Shown here: positions 12,459 through 23,400 of the stretch, one piece after another | Numbering within the stretch: position 1 is the stretch's first letter | How the letters are laid out: each line of letters starts with the position of its first letter | Assembly (NCBI GenBank): GCA_010015585.1 | Contig: ML975188.1 | Source: Eremomyces bilateralis CBS 781.70 | Lineage: Eukaryota | Reading direction: 5' to 3' (one strand) | Length of the DNA: 64,000 nt | Made by a program: the position numbers and the translations under genes | The notes under the pieces: model-generated | What the model was told of the DNA's origin: nothing | Database searches by the model: none | What the model saw: the letters and a program-made list of their open reading frames with translations, nothing else

Positions 12459-13826
12459 TTACCTCAGCAAGCTCAGGCCATTTGTGGTCGTGCCAAGGCA
12501 CCGGAGTGGGACTATACCTAATCGGTAGAGTCACATGCACTCCTCGAACAAATGGCCTGAGGATTCTGTCAATGGTACACACTGACTGTTCGATAATTTT
12601 CATGTGTTTTTCACGATTTTGGAAACCTCACTTTTGCATATTCTTCAATAACAACACGAGGACTTATTATAATTGCCCTTAAATTCACTGGGCTGTGCAG
12701 CAAGATATACNNNNNNNNNNNNNNNNNNNNNNNNNNNNNNNNNNNNNNNNNNNNNNNNNNNNNNNNNNNNNNNNNNNNNNNNNNNNNNNNNNNNNNNNNN
12801 NNNNNNNNNNNNNNNNNNNNNNNNNNNNNNNNNNNNNNNNNNNNNNNNNNNNNNNNNNNNNNNNNNNNNNNNNNNNNNNNNNNNNNNNNNNNNNNNNNNN
12901 NNNNNNNNNNNNNNNNNNNNNNNNNNNNNNNNNNNNNNNNNNNNNNNNNNNNNNNNNNNNNNNNNNNNNNNNNNNNNNNNNNNNNNNNNNNNNNNNNNNN
13001 NNNNNNNNNNNNNNNNNNNNNNNNNNNNNNNNNNNNNNNNNNNNNNNNNNNNNNNNNNNNNNNNNNNNNNNNNNNNNNNNNNNNNNNNNNNNNNNNNNNN
13101 NNNNNNNNNNNNNNNNNNNNNNNNNNNNNNNNNNNNNNNNNNNNNNNNNNNNNNNNNNNNNNNNNNNNNNNNNNNNNNNNNNNNNNNNNNNNNNNNNNNN
13201 NNNNNNNNNNNNNNNNNNNNNNNNNNNNNNNNNNNNNNNNNNNNNNNNNNNNNNNNNNNNNNNNNNNNNNNNNNNNNNNNNNNNNNNNNNNNNNNNNNNN
13301 NNNNNNNNNNNNNNNNNNNNNNNNNNNNNNNNNNNNNNNNNNNNNNNNNNNNNNNNNNNNNNNNNNNNNNNNNNNNNNNNNNNNNNNNNNNNNNNNNNNN
13401 NNNNNNNNNNNNNNNNNNNNNNNNNNNNNNNNNNNNNNNNNNNNNNNNNNNNNNNNNNNNNNNNNNNNNNNNNNNNNNNNNNNNNNNNNNNNNNNNNNNN
13501 NNNNNNNNNNNNNNNNNNNNNNNNNNNNNNNNNNNNNNNNNNNNNNNNNNNNNNNNNNNNNNNNNNNNNNNNNNNNNNNNNNNNNNNNNNNNNNNNNNNN
13601 NNNNNNNNNNNNNNNNNNNNNNNNNNNNNNNNNNNNNNNNNNNNNNNNNNNNNNNNNNNNNNNNNNNNNNNNNNNNNNNNNNNNNNNNNNNNNNNNNNNN
13701 GCATGACCATAATGGCCTGAGCTTGCTGAGGTAACTCAGGCTATTTGGTAGAGGACCATACCAATTAGGTATAGCGCGGTTCGTTGCCTCAGGCACTACC
13801 ACAATGGCCTGAGCTTGCTGAGGTAA
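12459..13826. mobile_element. TIR DNA transposon or non-autonomous derivative with 8-bp TSD
   Basis: Perfect 24-bp terminal inverted repeat TTACCTCAGCAAGCTCAGGCCATT, extending imperfectly to about 73 bp (12459-12532 vs 13754-13826). Flanked by direct repeat TCAGTGAG at 12451-12458 and 13827-13834. The interior is mostly an N gap. Confidence 0.85.
12711..13700. other. Assembly gap (990 N)
   Basis: Run of N inside the TIR element; true length unknown. Confidence 0.99.
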
Positions 13827-14150
13827 TCAGTGAGCTTCGTTTCACCTCGTTCCGTAACAGGAAACCTCCAATCGATAAATTCACCAGATTCCGTTTATCA
13901 TAAATCCATTTTCACTCCCTTGTGCTCTACAGTCACCACCAGACCAAACTATTGCGACTTCAGCACTCGGCTGCTTCAGTCTGGGACTCAAGTCCAATTA
14001 CTCCATTTTCCAGTTACGTACTTGAATGTTCAAACTACACTAGCGTTGAAACCTAACACCCCACAACGGCATCTTCCCCCCGTCTATTCGTTAACGATTC
14101 AATCCCTTTTTTACAGATCCATCTATTCACGCCTCACCTCGTTGTTAAGA

Positions 14151-15938
14151 ATGGTTTTAGGACGGGGACCGCGAGATAGACAGCTTGCAGCAGCTGAAAG
14201 GAGGAAGGCATATAAGGCAAAAATCAAGGCACAAAGGAAAAAGAAAGACAAGCACAGGAGGTACAAGACCGAAGCACTAGAGCGCAAAGTGAAGGAAGCC
14301 ACAGATAATCTTATACTCAATTCGCAAATCCAACAACAGAATCCAAACGTTGGGTTCCAGACAACTACCAACCGTGGAAGTGCTGGACTTACCAAATGTC
14401 CCACAGTAGGGGAGGTAAATGTCGTTCAAACTGTCTTTGAGAGGCGTGAAGGGACTGTTGACGATTGGGGGGTTGGCAAGATCACTGCTGTCCAGAGAAA
14501 GCAATCAATTCAGAACAGTGGAATCAGCAGTTCTCAGGCGAAGCAAGTTCTTGGAAAACTACTTCCCGAACTGGAAGACCTTGTCATCGAACCCTCCTCA
14601 AAGCATCGTGTTTGGACTCTCGATTGCAATAACCTTGCGAGATACTGTCCTCTGGACTATGGAAGAGTCAAGACACCCCCAGGCGCGCTGGGCACGCTAG
14701 ACTGTTTGCCAGTAGAAGTTCTGACCAATATTGTCACCTTCATGGACATTCCAACAGTCGTTCGTTTCAAATCTCTCAGCACGTTCGCTCGCGATGTCGT
14801 GCTGTCAATGCTAGAACACAAGACCACCTTTAGCCTTGGGCCCCTCGACCGGCTTCCGGATCAAATTTTTGCCAAGATATTCAACAGCATCACGATCGAT
14901 TCCGTAATGTCATTCAGACTCGTCAACAAAAAGGCCAGGGAGAAAGTCGATGAACTGCGAAAGTTTCATGATCTGGTCACCAAAGCTCCAGACGTGCTTC
15001 GCAGCATCCAAAGCCTCAAACTTGGAAAGCTATACACTCTCCTCACCTTAGCCAGTACCCTACGCCGAAGGTATTGCGAGATCTGCGGAGATGCGGCCGG
15101 ATATATATACCTGTTGAGGAACACTAGAGTTTGCTTCCTTTGCTTCACGCATGACATGCGGTTTCTGCCACTATTCGAGCCGAACCTGAGAGATCTCGGG
15201 ATACCCTGGGAATCGATGAAACACCTTCCACATTGCACTTCCATCCCCGGAAAGTACTCTCAGGGAAAGAAGCGGTGCTGCAAAACCCAGCTCTTTGACG
15301 CCGTAGCTGCGCAGAGGGATGCCTACTGGCGGAGGGACCGATCCGCGCACTCTCAACCCAAGGAACACAATAGAAAGTACCTCAAACAGAAGATTCGGCT
15401 TAATGAATTGAGCGATGCATGGACACGCATGGACAGAGGACTGAAAAAGGGACATTCGAATGATGGGTATGCTTTCAACCCACGACGATTCATGGGCGTC
15501 GTTCGCGCACCCTGGTTTATGCGGGCTGACAGCATGGCCTCATGGGGCATCCATTGTGTAGGCTGTCAGAACGAAGGACGGTCGCGGTCAAGCGGGATGC
15601 ACTGGCGGAGGCTGTTCACCCCAGCAACCTTCGCCAAGCATATCGAGGAATGCGGACCAGTGCTATCATGGACGGACGGTCGGCTCATGTTTGCAAGACA
15701 CCAGAATCTGAACGAGCCTGGTGAAGCGGAGCGGTTGCTGGATGCTGATGTTCGAAAACGGACAGGTCTCTCGCTCAAGGAGAGAGCTCGAAGAGTGCAG
15801 ACGGACGTAGAATTAGAGGGACCCATTGGAAGCACCGGCTCTGCTGGACTAAACGACAATATCGATGAGGAAGACGGTGAACTTGAGAGGCGAAGGCATG
15901 CACTTTTGCAGATGATTGGGGTCAGTGATGATGATTGA
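14151..15938 (+). CDS. F-box protein with two tandem F-box motifs and a Cys-rich (zinc-binding-like) region
   Basis: Intronless ORF, first ATG at 14151. F-box-like LGTLDCLPVEVLTNIVTFMDIPTVVRFKSLS and LGPLDRLPDQIFAKIFNSITIDSVMSFRLVNKKAR; CEIC..CFLC and later CVGC..HIEEC; basic N-terminus. Confidence 0.8.
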   Translation: MVLGRGPRDRQLAAAERRKAYKAKIKAQRKKKDKHRRYKTEALERKVKEATDNLILNSQIQQQNPNVGFQTTTNRGSAGLTKCPTVGEVNVVQTVFERREGTVDDWGVGKITAVQRKQSIQNSGISSSQAKQVLGKLLPELEDLVIEPSSKHRVWTLDCNNLARYCPLDYGRVKTPPGALGTLDCLPVEVLTNIVTFMDIPTVVRFKSLSTFARDVVLSMLEHKTTFSLGPLDRLPDQIFAKIFNSITIDSVMSFRLVNKKAREKVDELRKFHDLVTKAPDVLRSIQSLKLGKLYTLLTLASTLRRRYCEICGDAAGYIYLLRNTRVCFLCFTHDMRFLPLFEPNLRDLGIPWESMKHLPHCTSIPGKYSQGKKRCCKTQLFDAVAAQRDAYWRRDRSAHSQPKEHNRKYLKQKIRLNELSDAWTRMDRGLKKGHSNDGYAFNPRRFMGVVRAPWFMRADSMASWGIHCVGCQNEGRSRSSGMHWRRLFTPATFAKHIEECGPVLSWTDGRLMFARHQNLNEPGEAERLLDADVRKRTGLSLKERARRVQTDVELEGPIGSTGSAGLNDNIDEEDGELERRRHALLQMIGVSDDD

Positions 15939-16281
15939 GGAAATGGAACAGAATACACGCATTGCCAGATGATGGTTGGGGTCGGGAGTCAGGACTCAGG
16001 ACCTTAGGCTTGTGGTGGACCCCGTTCTGGCTTGGAGATGATTCGACGGATTTGTGCCAAGGCTGATATTACTGGTTGTGTGGAGTAGAGCGGCAATCCG
16101 ATCATTGTAAAATACAGCGGAGGAGAGCCGACGGGCTTTGCAACCTCATTCTTAGAATCCCATGTTTCAGGACACCGGAATTGGAGATTTCCCTCTCCGC
16201 TCCGCTTGCATCATCCCAATGAAGTCTCCCGAATCAGACTGAAATCCCCCCCATCCCCCCCATCATCCCCTTCCTAGTGCC

Positions 16282-17856
16282 ATGTATCAAAATGGCCAAA
16301 TTCAATCCACCGTAAGTTCCAGCACTACGCCACCCGCCCATTGAGGTTTGAAATGTAATTTCGGAGTTGCTGACCGTGCGTCGCCGTGTGAAGATGGATG
16401 GATCTTTGTCACAGATGCCCGATCTTATGGAACCGTTTGCCGATTTCATGACAGGATTGGGGGATGTCGATATGATGGCGATGGGGATGGATCCCGCCAT
16501 GACTGACCCGTCGCAAATGTATGCTGCCGCCTCCGACCCCCGAACGACCCAAATGACCGATTCCTACGCAAACTTACCCACAACAACCGCGGATCTGGGG
16601 CAGGTAAGAGCAGGACCGCCTCCCGTTGGATTCATATCTACACCACTATCGGAGCCACAGTCGCGGAGCGGGGGAGGTACATCGAGTGGGAGCACATTGG
16701 AATTCACGAAGCGGAGAAACTGGTCGCAACGACTCATCGAAGAACTACGAGACTTCCTACACATCCTCTCCCCCGAAGGCCGCATAATCTACGTCTCGCC
16801 ATCATGTCAACCCATCACTGGCTACCCGCCGACCGCCCTCATCGGCAAGTATATCGGCGAGTTCATCCACCCCGACGACGCTGGCATCTTCGTCCGCGAA
16901 TTCAACGAATCCATCGCGTCCGGCCACAACCTCCGCTTCTTCTTCCGCTTCCGCAAAGCCGATGGCAGCTACGCCATCTTCGAGTCGCACGGCCACCCGC
17001 ACCACGCCTCCGACGCTGCCGCCTTCGGCCCGAACAACGGCAGCGCCTTCTGCCGCGGCATCTTCATGATGTCGCGTCCCTATCCGACCAAGAACGCCGT
17101 CCTACTCGACTCCTTCCTCGAGCACAAGATCGAGAACGAAAGGCTGAAGAAGAAGATCCTCGATCTCAAACGTGAAGAGCTGGAGGAGGTCGAGGCGCAG
17201 GAGCGAGATTGGGAGCTGGAAAGTCACCCGCACAGCAGCGATGCATACCGCGCGGATACGCGAGCCGAGAGCGATGTGGTGTCGAATCCCGGGACCTCAA
17301 CGCGCATGCCGCCGCCGCCACGACCAGCCGTCTCGGACAATGCGCTCACGCGCCAGAACCTCGACGAGGCGCTCGCGTCGGCGCGAGCAGACGCGATCAA
17401 CGACAAGATGGCGCGGTACGAAGCGGCGTCGTACCTGGAGTCGATCGAGATGATGACAGGGCTGCGGTATCGGGACGGCGAGCGGAGTCAGGGGATCAGC
17501 ACGGGGGACACGTCGCCGGCGTTGATCCGCGGGGATGCGGGGATCGCAATCCCCGCGGACAGCATCCTCCGGGACCGTGGGGGCGGGGATAAGAAGAAAA
17601 AGATGAAGATCGTGGATGAGTATGTGTGTCAGGATTGCGGGACGCTGGACAGTCCGGAGTGGAGGAAGGGGCCGGGGGGGCCGAAGACGTTGTGTAATGC
17701 CTGTGGATGTGAGTGCCCTGGTGGTCGGTCATCGAGCCATCGTATGAGAATTCTGCTAACGGATCGATAGTGCGGTGGGCGAAGAAGGAGAAGAAACGAC
17801 AGAGTATCAGCGGGGGTTCGGAGAATCGTCCGCCGACCGCGTTGCATATGCATTGA
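16282..17856 (+). CDS. wc-2: White collar-2-like PAS + GATA zinc-finger transcription factor
   Basis: Exons 16282-16311, 16394-17708, 17771-17856. EFTKRRNWSQ, PAS domain (IIYVSPSC..FIHPDD), LDSFLEHKIENERL coiled coil, GATA finger [32 protein letters not shown]. Confidence 0.88.
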
Positions 17857-19005
17857 GCGCTTAGACGACCTTTTCTGATGTTATGGCACATAGAGCGTCT
17901 TGACTATCTGGTTGTTAGACCGGAATTATGATCATGAAAGTTATGGGAGAGGACTGGCGCCTCGAAAAGTCGGATTAAACATAGGTAATACAGGAGTCGG
18001 GATTATAGTTCCGAGCCCCTTGTATAAGGTACGGTACAGTATATGAGATATGATTTAAGATACCACCACAGCAATAAGTAATATCGCGTTTCAACTTTGT
18101 CATCAGTGCTTACTTGTCGCACATGAGCCATGCCAAGTGTAACGTCGTAATACAAGTCGATAATATTGCAGCCTCGTGCAACAATGTCGGTGAGCTTCGA
18201 AAGCAACTTTCGGTCACGGACGCACCTCAGGAGATGGTGGACTGATGGCTTGAATACAGTTGGTCATAGAAATCACGTGTGCCCTTCCTGATGCCCTGCA
18301 CTTTTTGGTTGAACCACCGCAGACCTGCAGAGCTTTTCTGCAAAGTTACACACCGTTCCGTTTTTTCTCCTTCCGTCCCGACTCCCGATCCCGATCTGCC
18401 CGAGTTTCCGATGGGATCTGCCTGGCGGTGTCGAGATTTTTCCACGGTTGGCGAGGATGGGGGTCGATCCAGTTTTTCGTTGAGTCTGGCCAACGGTCGG
18501 ATCGCCGGGTCCCGTCATGCCTTGGGCTTGGAAGTTGTGTAGTCTCCCCGCCTGTTCGATCGCTCGCTCTACGAAACTGGTTCATCGAGTCATCAATGGT
18601 TTGAGAATAAATTGTGTTTATGGCATGATCTGTTTCTCTCTCTCAATTCTCAATTGTGAGGTGGCTCCATGTCTGGTACTTAGCGCCTGCCTACCATGTG
18701 GCTGGTCTACCAATCACACGGCACTTGATATCCGATTACCCCACGGCTTTATCTGGATTCTACGCTCTCGGATTTGTGGAGGATGCTATCACTCCTGCAC
18801 GCTGGCTCCTGCACGCTGACTCCTGCATAAGGCTATCATTGGTTTTGAACGGCATCTCCGGTGGTGATCTATCTCGAGGGCGTTATTTTACCTACTTAGT
18901 ATGGCATTTGAATTGGTTGTTGTCGTATGACTTTTTGGAATGGTTTTACCTCGTCCCCAGTATTCCGGAGGCAAAGCACACGATCCGTTCCGAAACCAAG
19001 ATGCA

Positions 19006-19042
19006 CTTCCGCGGAAGGTTTTTTTTCGCCCTGACTATAAAA
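19006..19042 (+). promoter_or_regulatory. Candidate NirA/NIT4 site and TATA box upstream of flavohemoglobin
   Basis: 12-bp palindrome CTTCCGCGGAAG (19006-19017) containing the NIT4 octamer TCCGCGGA, and TATAAAA at 19036-19042, about 140-170 bp before the ATG. Confidence 0.5.
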
Positions 19043-19173
19043 TTCGGGTATGAGGATGCAGAGGTGAGTTCAAAATGGTATAGTAAGCATCATTAGATCT
19101 TTATATCGAGTCGTAGCAGACATCAATCAAGTCAATTCCCAATTTCACTGTTCAGTCATATTCTTCCTCCATT

Positions 19174-20433
19174 ATGTCTCTCAGTCCCGAACAAATCACC
19201 ATCATCAAGGCAACCGTCCCCGTTCTGGCCGAACATGGCAAAACTGTGACGAGCCTTTTCTATAAAAACGTTCTCAACGATAACCCTGCCCTCCGCAACA
19301 TCTTCAGCCACACTCATCAAGAAAGCGGCCACCAAGCCGCCGCTCTCGCCCGCTCCCTCTACCTCTACGCCTCCCACATCGAAGATCTTTCCGCGTTGAA
19401 AGACCTTGTCGAGCTCGTCGCCCATAAGCATGCCTCCCTCTACGTGCTCCCCGAGCATTACCCCATCGTGGGCAAGTACCTCCTGGCTGCACTGAAGACC
19501 ACCCTCGGCGATGCATGCACCCCGGAAATCCTCGACGCATGGGGTGCGGCATACCAGCAGCTCGCCGACATCTTGATCGGGCGGGAGTCCCAGCTGTACA
19601 ACACCACCGCGGGCTGGACCGATTGGCGATCCTTCCGCATCACGAAGAAGGTCCCGGAAAGCGAGCAGATCACCTCATTCTACCTCGAGCCCGTCGACAA
19701 GGCGCACCTGCCGCTGCCGGCGCATCGACCGGGCCAGTACATCGGGCTCCGCACCGAAGTGGCCGAGCTGGGCGTCCTCCAACCTCGACAGTACTCGCTT
19801 AGCGACATGCATCATCCGGATCATTTCCGCATCAGCGTGAAGAAGGAATTGGCCCTAGATCCTTCGCAGACCGACCTGCGGTCCCATCCTGGGTTCGTGT
19901 CGAATATTCTCCATGACGAGAAGAAGGAGGGCGATGAGGTGATGGTGTCGCATCCTTACGGCGACTTCTACCTAGATGCGGATCAGGAAGCTGCCGCGTC
20001 GCCGCTGGTGCTGCTCTCTGCTGGCGTCGGCCTCACTCCGATGGTGGCCATTCTGAACGCACTGAACAGTCGATCATCAACGCGGCCCGTGTCATTTATC
20101 CACGGAGCACACACCTCCAAGATCCGGGCGTTCGGCGATCACGTCCAGAACACGGCGAAGAGCATGGACAACGTCAATGTCGTATTCTTCAATAGCACCG
20201 TGAGCGAGGACGATAAGCAGGGCGAGCATTATGACCATATTGGACGGGCGGATCTCAAGAAATTAGATGAGAAGAAGCATCTGTTCTTGGATGATAAGAG
20301 CACCCATTACTTTGTTTGCGGACCAAGCAGCTTCATGACGGACATGGATACCGCGCTGAAGCAATATGGAGTCGACTCGGAGAGAGTTCACCTGGAGCGT
20401 TTTGGTACCGGTGGGATCGACAGGGCTGTTTAA
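19174..20433 (+). CDS. fhbA: Flavohemoglobin (nitric oxide dioxygenase)
   Basis: Globin domain (TVPVL..HG, VAHKHASL, HYPIVG), FAD-binding PGQY..RQYSLS, NAD-binding SAGVGLTPM and CGP..ERFG. Intronless 419 aa. Confidence 0.95.
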   Translation: MSLSPEQITIIKATVPVLAEHGKTVTSLFYKNVLNDNPALRNIFSHTHQESGHQAAALARSLYLYASHIEDLSALKDLVELVAHKHASLYVLPEHYPIVGKYLLAALKTTLGDACTPEILDAWGAAYQQLADILIGRESQLYNTTAGWTDWRSFRITKKVPESEQITSFYLEPVDKAHLPLPAHRPGQYIGLRTEVAELGVLQPRQYSLSDMHHPDHFRISVKKELALDPSQTDLRSHPGFVSNILHDEKKEGDEVMVSHPYGDFYLDADQEAAASPLVLLSAGVGLTPMVAILNALNSRSSTRPVSFIHGAHTSKIRAFGDHVQNTAKSMDNVNVVFFNSTVSEDDKQGEHYDHIGRADLKKLDEKKHLFLDDKSTHYFVCGPSSFMTDMDTALKQYGVDSERVHLERFGTGGIDRAV

Positions 20434-23400
20434 GTGAGGTACGCTACCTCGGGGGTGTTCTGGTTCGGGTGTTGCTCAGCTAGCGGAGCGGTCTTATTGT
20501 GATTGGAAAGGCGTAATGTTTGCCATGGGCTGATTGGGATTGGTTCTTCACTCCCGCAACGTGTAAATATATCTCTATTATAATTACTATCTATGACATA
20601 CCGACCGTCTTATCACTATTGACTGGTCTTGTCTTCACATCGATTCGCTTCATCTCAGAATTCACGTGAACACAGACAACCGCATCCATTTGGTCAGTGG
20701 GCATCCTATTCCTCCTTGATGATCTGAGACAGGCTCAGTGCCAACTTCGGAACTTCCGAAGACCGTCTGAGAGGTGAACAAGGTGGATTGGCGGTTTTCC
20801 ATCTTGTGCTTCAATAATTTTGCGTCTGCAAGCTTGGATCTAACAACAACCTTGGAAGTGGAAGGTTGATACGAAGTTTCTGACGAGAGGGAAGATCTCG
20901 GACAACTGTACAGTAAAAAGTTGAATTGCAAACCTGATATCTGGAAACGGGATACAATGCATGACGCATTGATATATGCAATCTCCCATTCAACGACCTC
21001 GATGCCGCCGCTCTAGTATGGCTTTTAACGCCATAATCTCTTCGTCATATATCTCTAGATCGTCACTCACTGGACACTCCCACACTCGTGTTCTTAACTT
21101 GGCGCAATGTGCATATTTCGATCAGACCAGCTTCCCCCAGTCCATGTGGCTATTATGTTTATAGGGCTGAGCACGGTGCATTGGAGACCTACTGTACAAT
21201 ATCTACATCCGTTCGATCTACACTGGTTCCGACGGCTCTTGTCGCAGCTCAACATGATGCCCATGCGCCCTATGTACTAGGCCACGATGGAAATGGAAGA
21301 CTTCTAGAAGGACGCTCGGGATGCGCGCTGAACTGCCGATCCGCCTGTCTGATACAGCCTCATATGATGCAACCGTTGGATATGACACGTGCATGTGTTA
21401 GATTTGGAAAGTTGGGAGGCGGAGCACGGAGCTGTCTAAGCAACGTCAACACGGACGAGTCGGAGAAAGAACCGGAACACGGTTCTGGAATTTGGAAGAC
21501 GTGGTCTGACTGCATACTGAGGCTTGCTTGCCGTCTCGTGAAACGCCCTGTCAGCCGCCTCTGCAACATGAATCCTTTCAAATTCCAGTCTTCTGCTTCA
21601 TTTTTTCCGTGTTTGGGTACGTATCTCATGCGGCGTTCAGTTATTCGCCCTCGGTTCGCCTTCATCCAAGCAATGGGCACCGCGCATGCCGGGCACCGCC
21701 GACCCCAACATCCCCGAGCGTGGAAAAGTCATGGAAGGCTTCCCGCGTTTCTAGCACTCTGCCGTCTTGGGGAGGGCCGGGACGTGCGGTGCAGCGGTAT
21801 CCTGACTTCAGGAGCATGGGAGACCTTGCGGGGTTTGGTTGAGAGAAGCAGAAGAAAGGGGCTTTGGGACAGGCTTGGAAAATAGTAATTAGGAAGAGGT
21901 GATGCTCTGGATGGAATAGATGGAATTTGATTTGATCAACTGAGCGTGGATAATGATAGTGCTATGGATTGAATACGAGTTCGGTTGAGAGTTAATAGGA
22001 GATAGGGGATGTCAACGCAATTGAGTGATCGTCACAGACGAAGATCGTGCTGTGTCAATAATTCGATGTCGTATTCCACCCATTATCATTCCGCTGCAAT
22101 ATGGAGTATCGCGCCACACGTACTGGGTAACCAGCCCGCAGCCGCAACTCCTAGGTTTGGGGCAATTCGGTTAGGTCCAGCACTGCGTTTGCTAGACGCA
22201 TAAATGGAGGGATGAGGCTAGAAACTCGAAACCGATCTTGACCCACTCTGGCCTCTGAAGGACGATTCAACTCAGGAACAGGTTAGGGTCATTACCCCTG
22301 AATATCGGCCGAGGAACCCATGTCCAGGCGATGCAATCGAGTGGTCTGAATGGGGGAGAATCCCTCGACCGGTCGTAGATTGGATTGGTTCCACCATTGC
22401 GTGAAGATGTTATTGGAAGCAGTCTAATTTTATTGATGGAAACTGGTATTCCATAGGACTTCCATGTCATAACTATCTACTTGCCGATTCCTCCAGCTTT
22501 GGAGAAGGTACCATGCCCCAAGCAAGACCTGGAACCTTCTGCCCTTCCCTTTATTGCAATCTTCAACAATACCAAGTAAAGTAATACCTATCTTTCTCCA
22601 TCCTCTTCGACATCCACTCCGTAAATGACGTTCTCTATTCCCGCTCAACAAGGCTGAATTTTGCGGTCGAGCTCCCAACGCTTCGACCGTCCAGCATCAA
22701 ACCAACGGCCGCCAACGCCATGTTTGCATCGTACCCCGGTCGCATCTGCATCACGTCGCTTCCAAGTTCTAGCAGACGAGATTGGAACCGGTCCTTTCAC
22801 CTGTTGAATCGATCCGTTGCATCGGCGAGGATTTTCAGGGGCACATCGTATCGTCTGGAGCCGCGTTGGTGGCCTTGCCCGTTGGCTGTTGGTTTTCGAA
22901 GTTTGGCTCGGACCCTAGCTGATGTCATATCAAATCCTCCAACTCACTCGGTCAACAGATTCACGACTTCTTCGGATTTCTTTCTAGACTTAGTGACCTG
23001 CATACAGCAATTCCAGTTATCGTAACTTGGCGACAGGCGGTCCTCTGAAAAAGCAGAGTACTGGTAACTAACAGAACGATGTTCAGAGCCAATTTCCCCT
23101 GTCCAGAGACTCCAGACATTTTGAGTTTTTGACGCTGTTTGGAACGCCACAAAATTGCGATGCGCCATCAGATCGGCCCATCGAGCTTCTATTTGCTTCT
23201 TCCTCCAGCGTGACGGGAAACTTATTAAATTAGCCTCGATCTAACCCGTCCGAAAATATCAACGAATGGCCAAAAGGATTCATGGGGATGGGAACCATTC
23301 AGCCCTGAGAAGTGAGGTGATCATCTGAATCCAACGCTTTCCTTCAACTGGTCATCAGTGCTCAGCCACGTTGCTGAGCCTGAGTTCCCTCGATGTTGCT

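Noticed and set aside
12645..13802. Long ORFs across the N run
   Set aside because: Artefacts of translating N.
12459..13826. Starship boundary because the terminus begins TTAC
   Set aside because: Repeats are symmetric inverted TIRs with an 8-bp TSD and no tyrosine-recombinase gene is visible.
21088..21885. 265-aa ORF in the long intergenic region
   Set aside because: Non-ATG start, no recognisable motif or coding-like composition.
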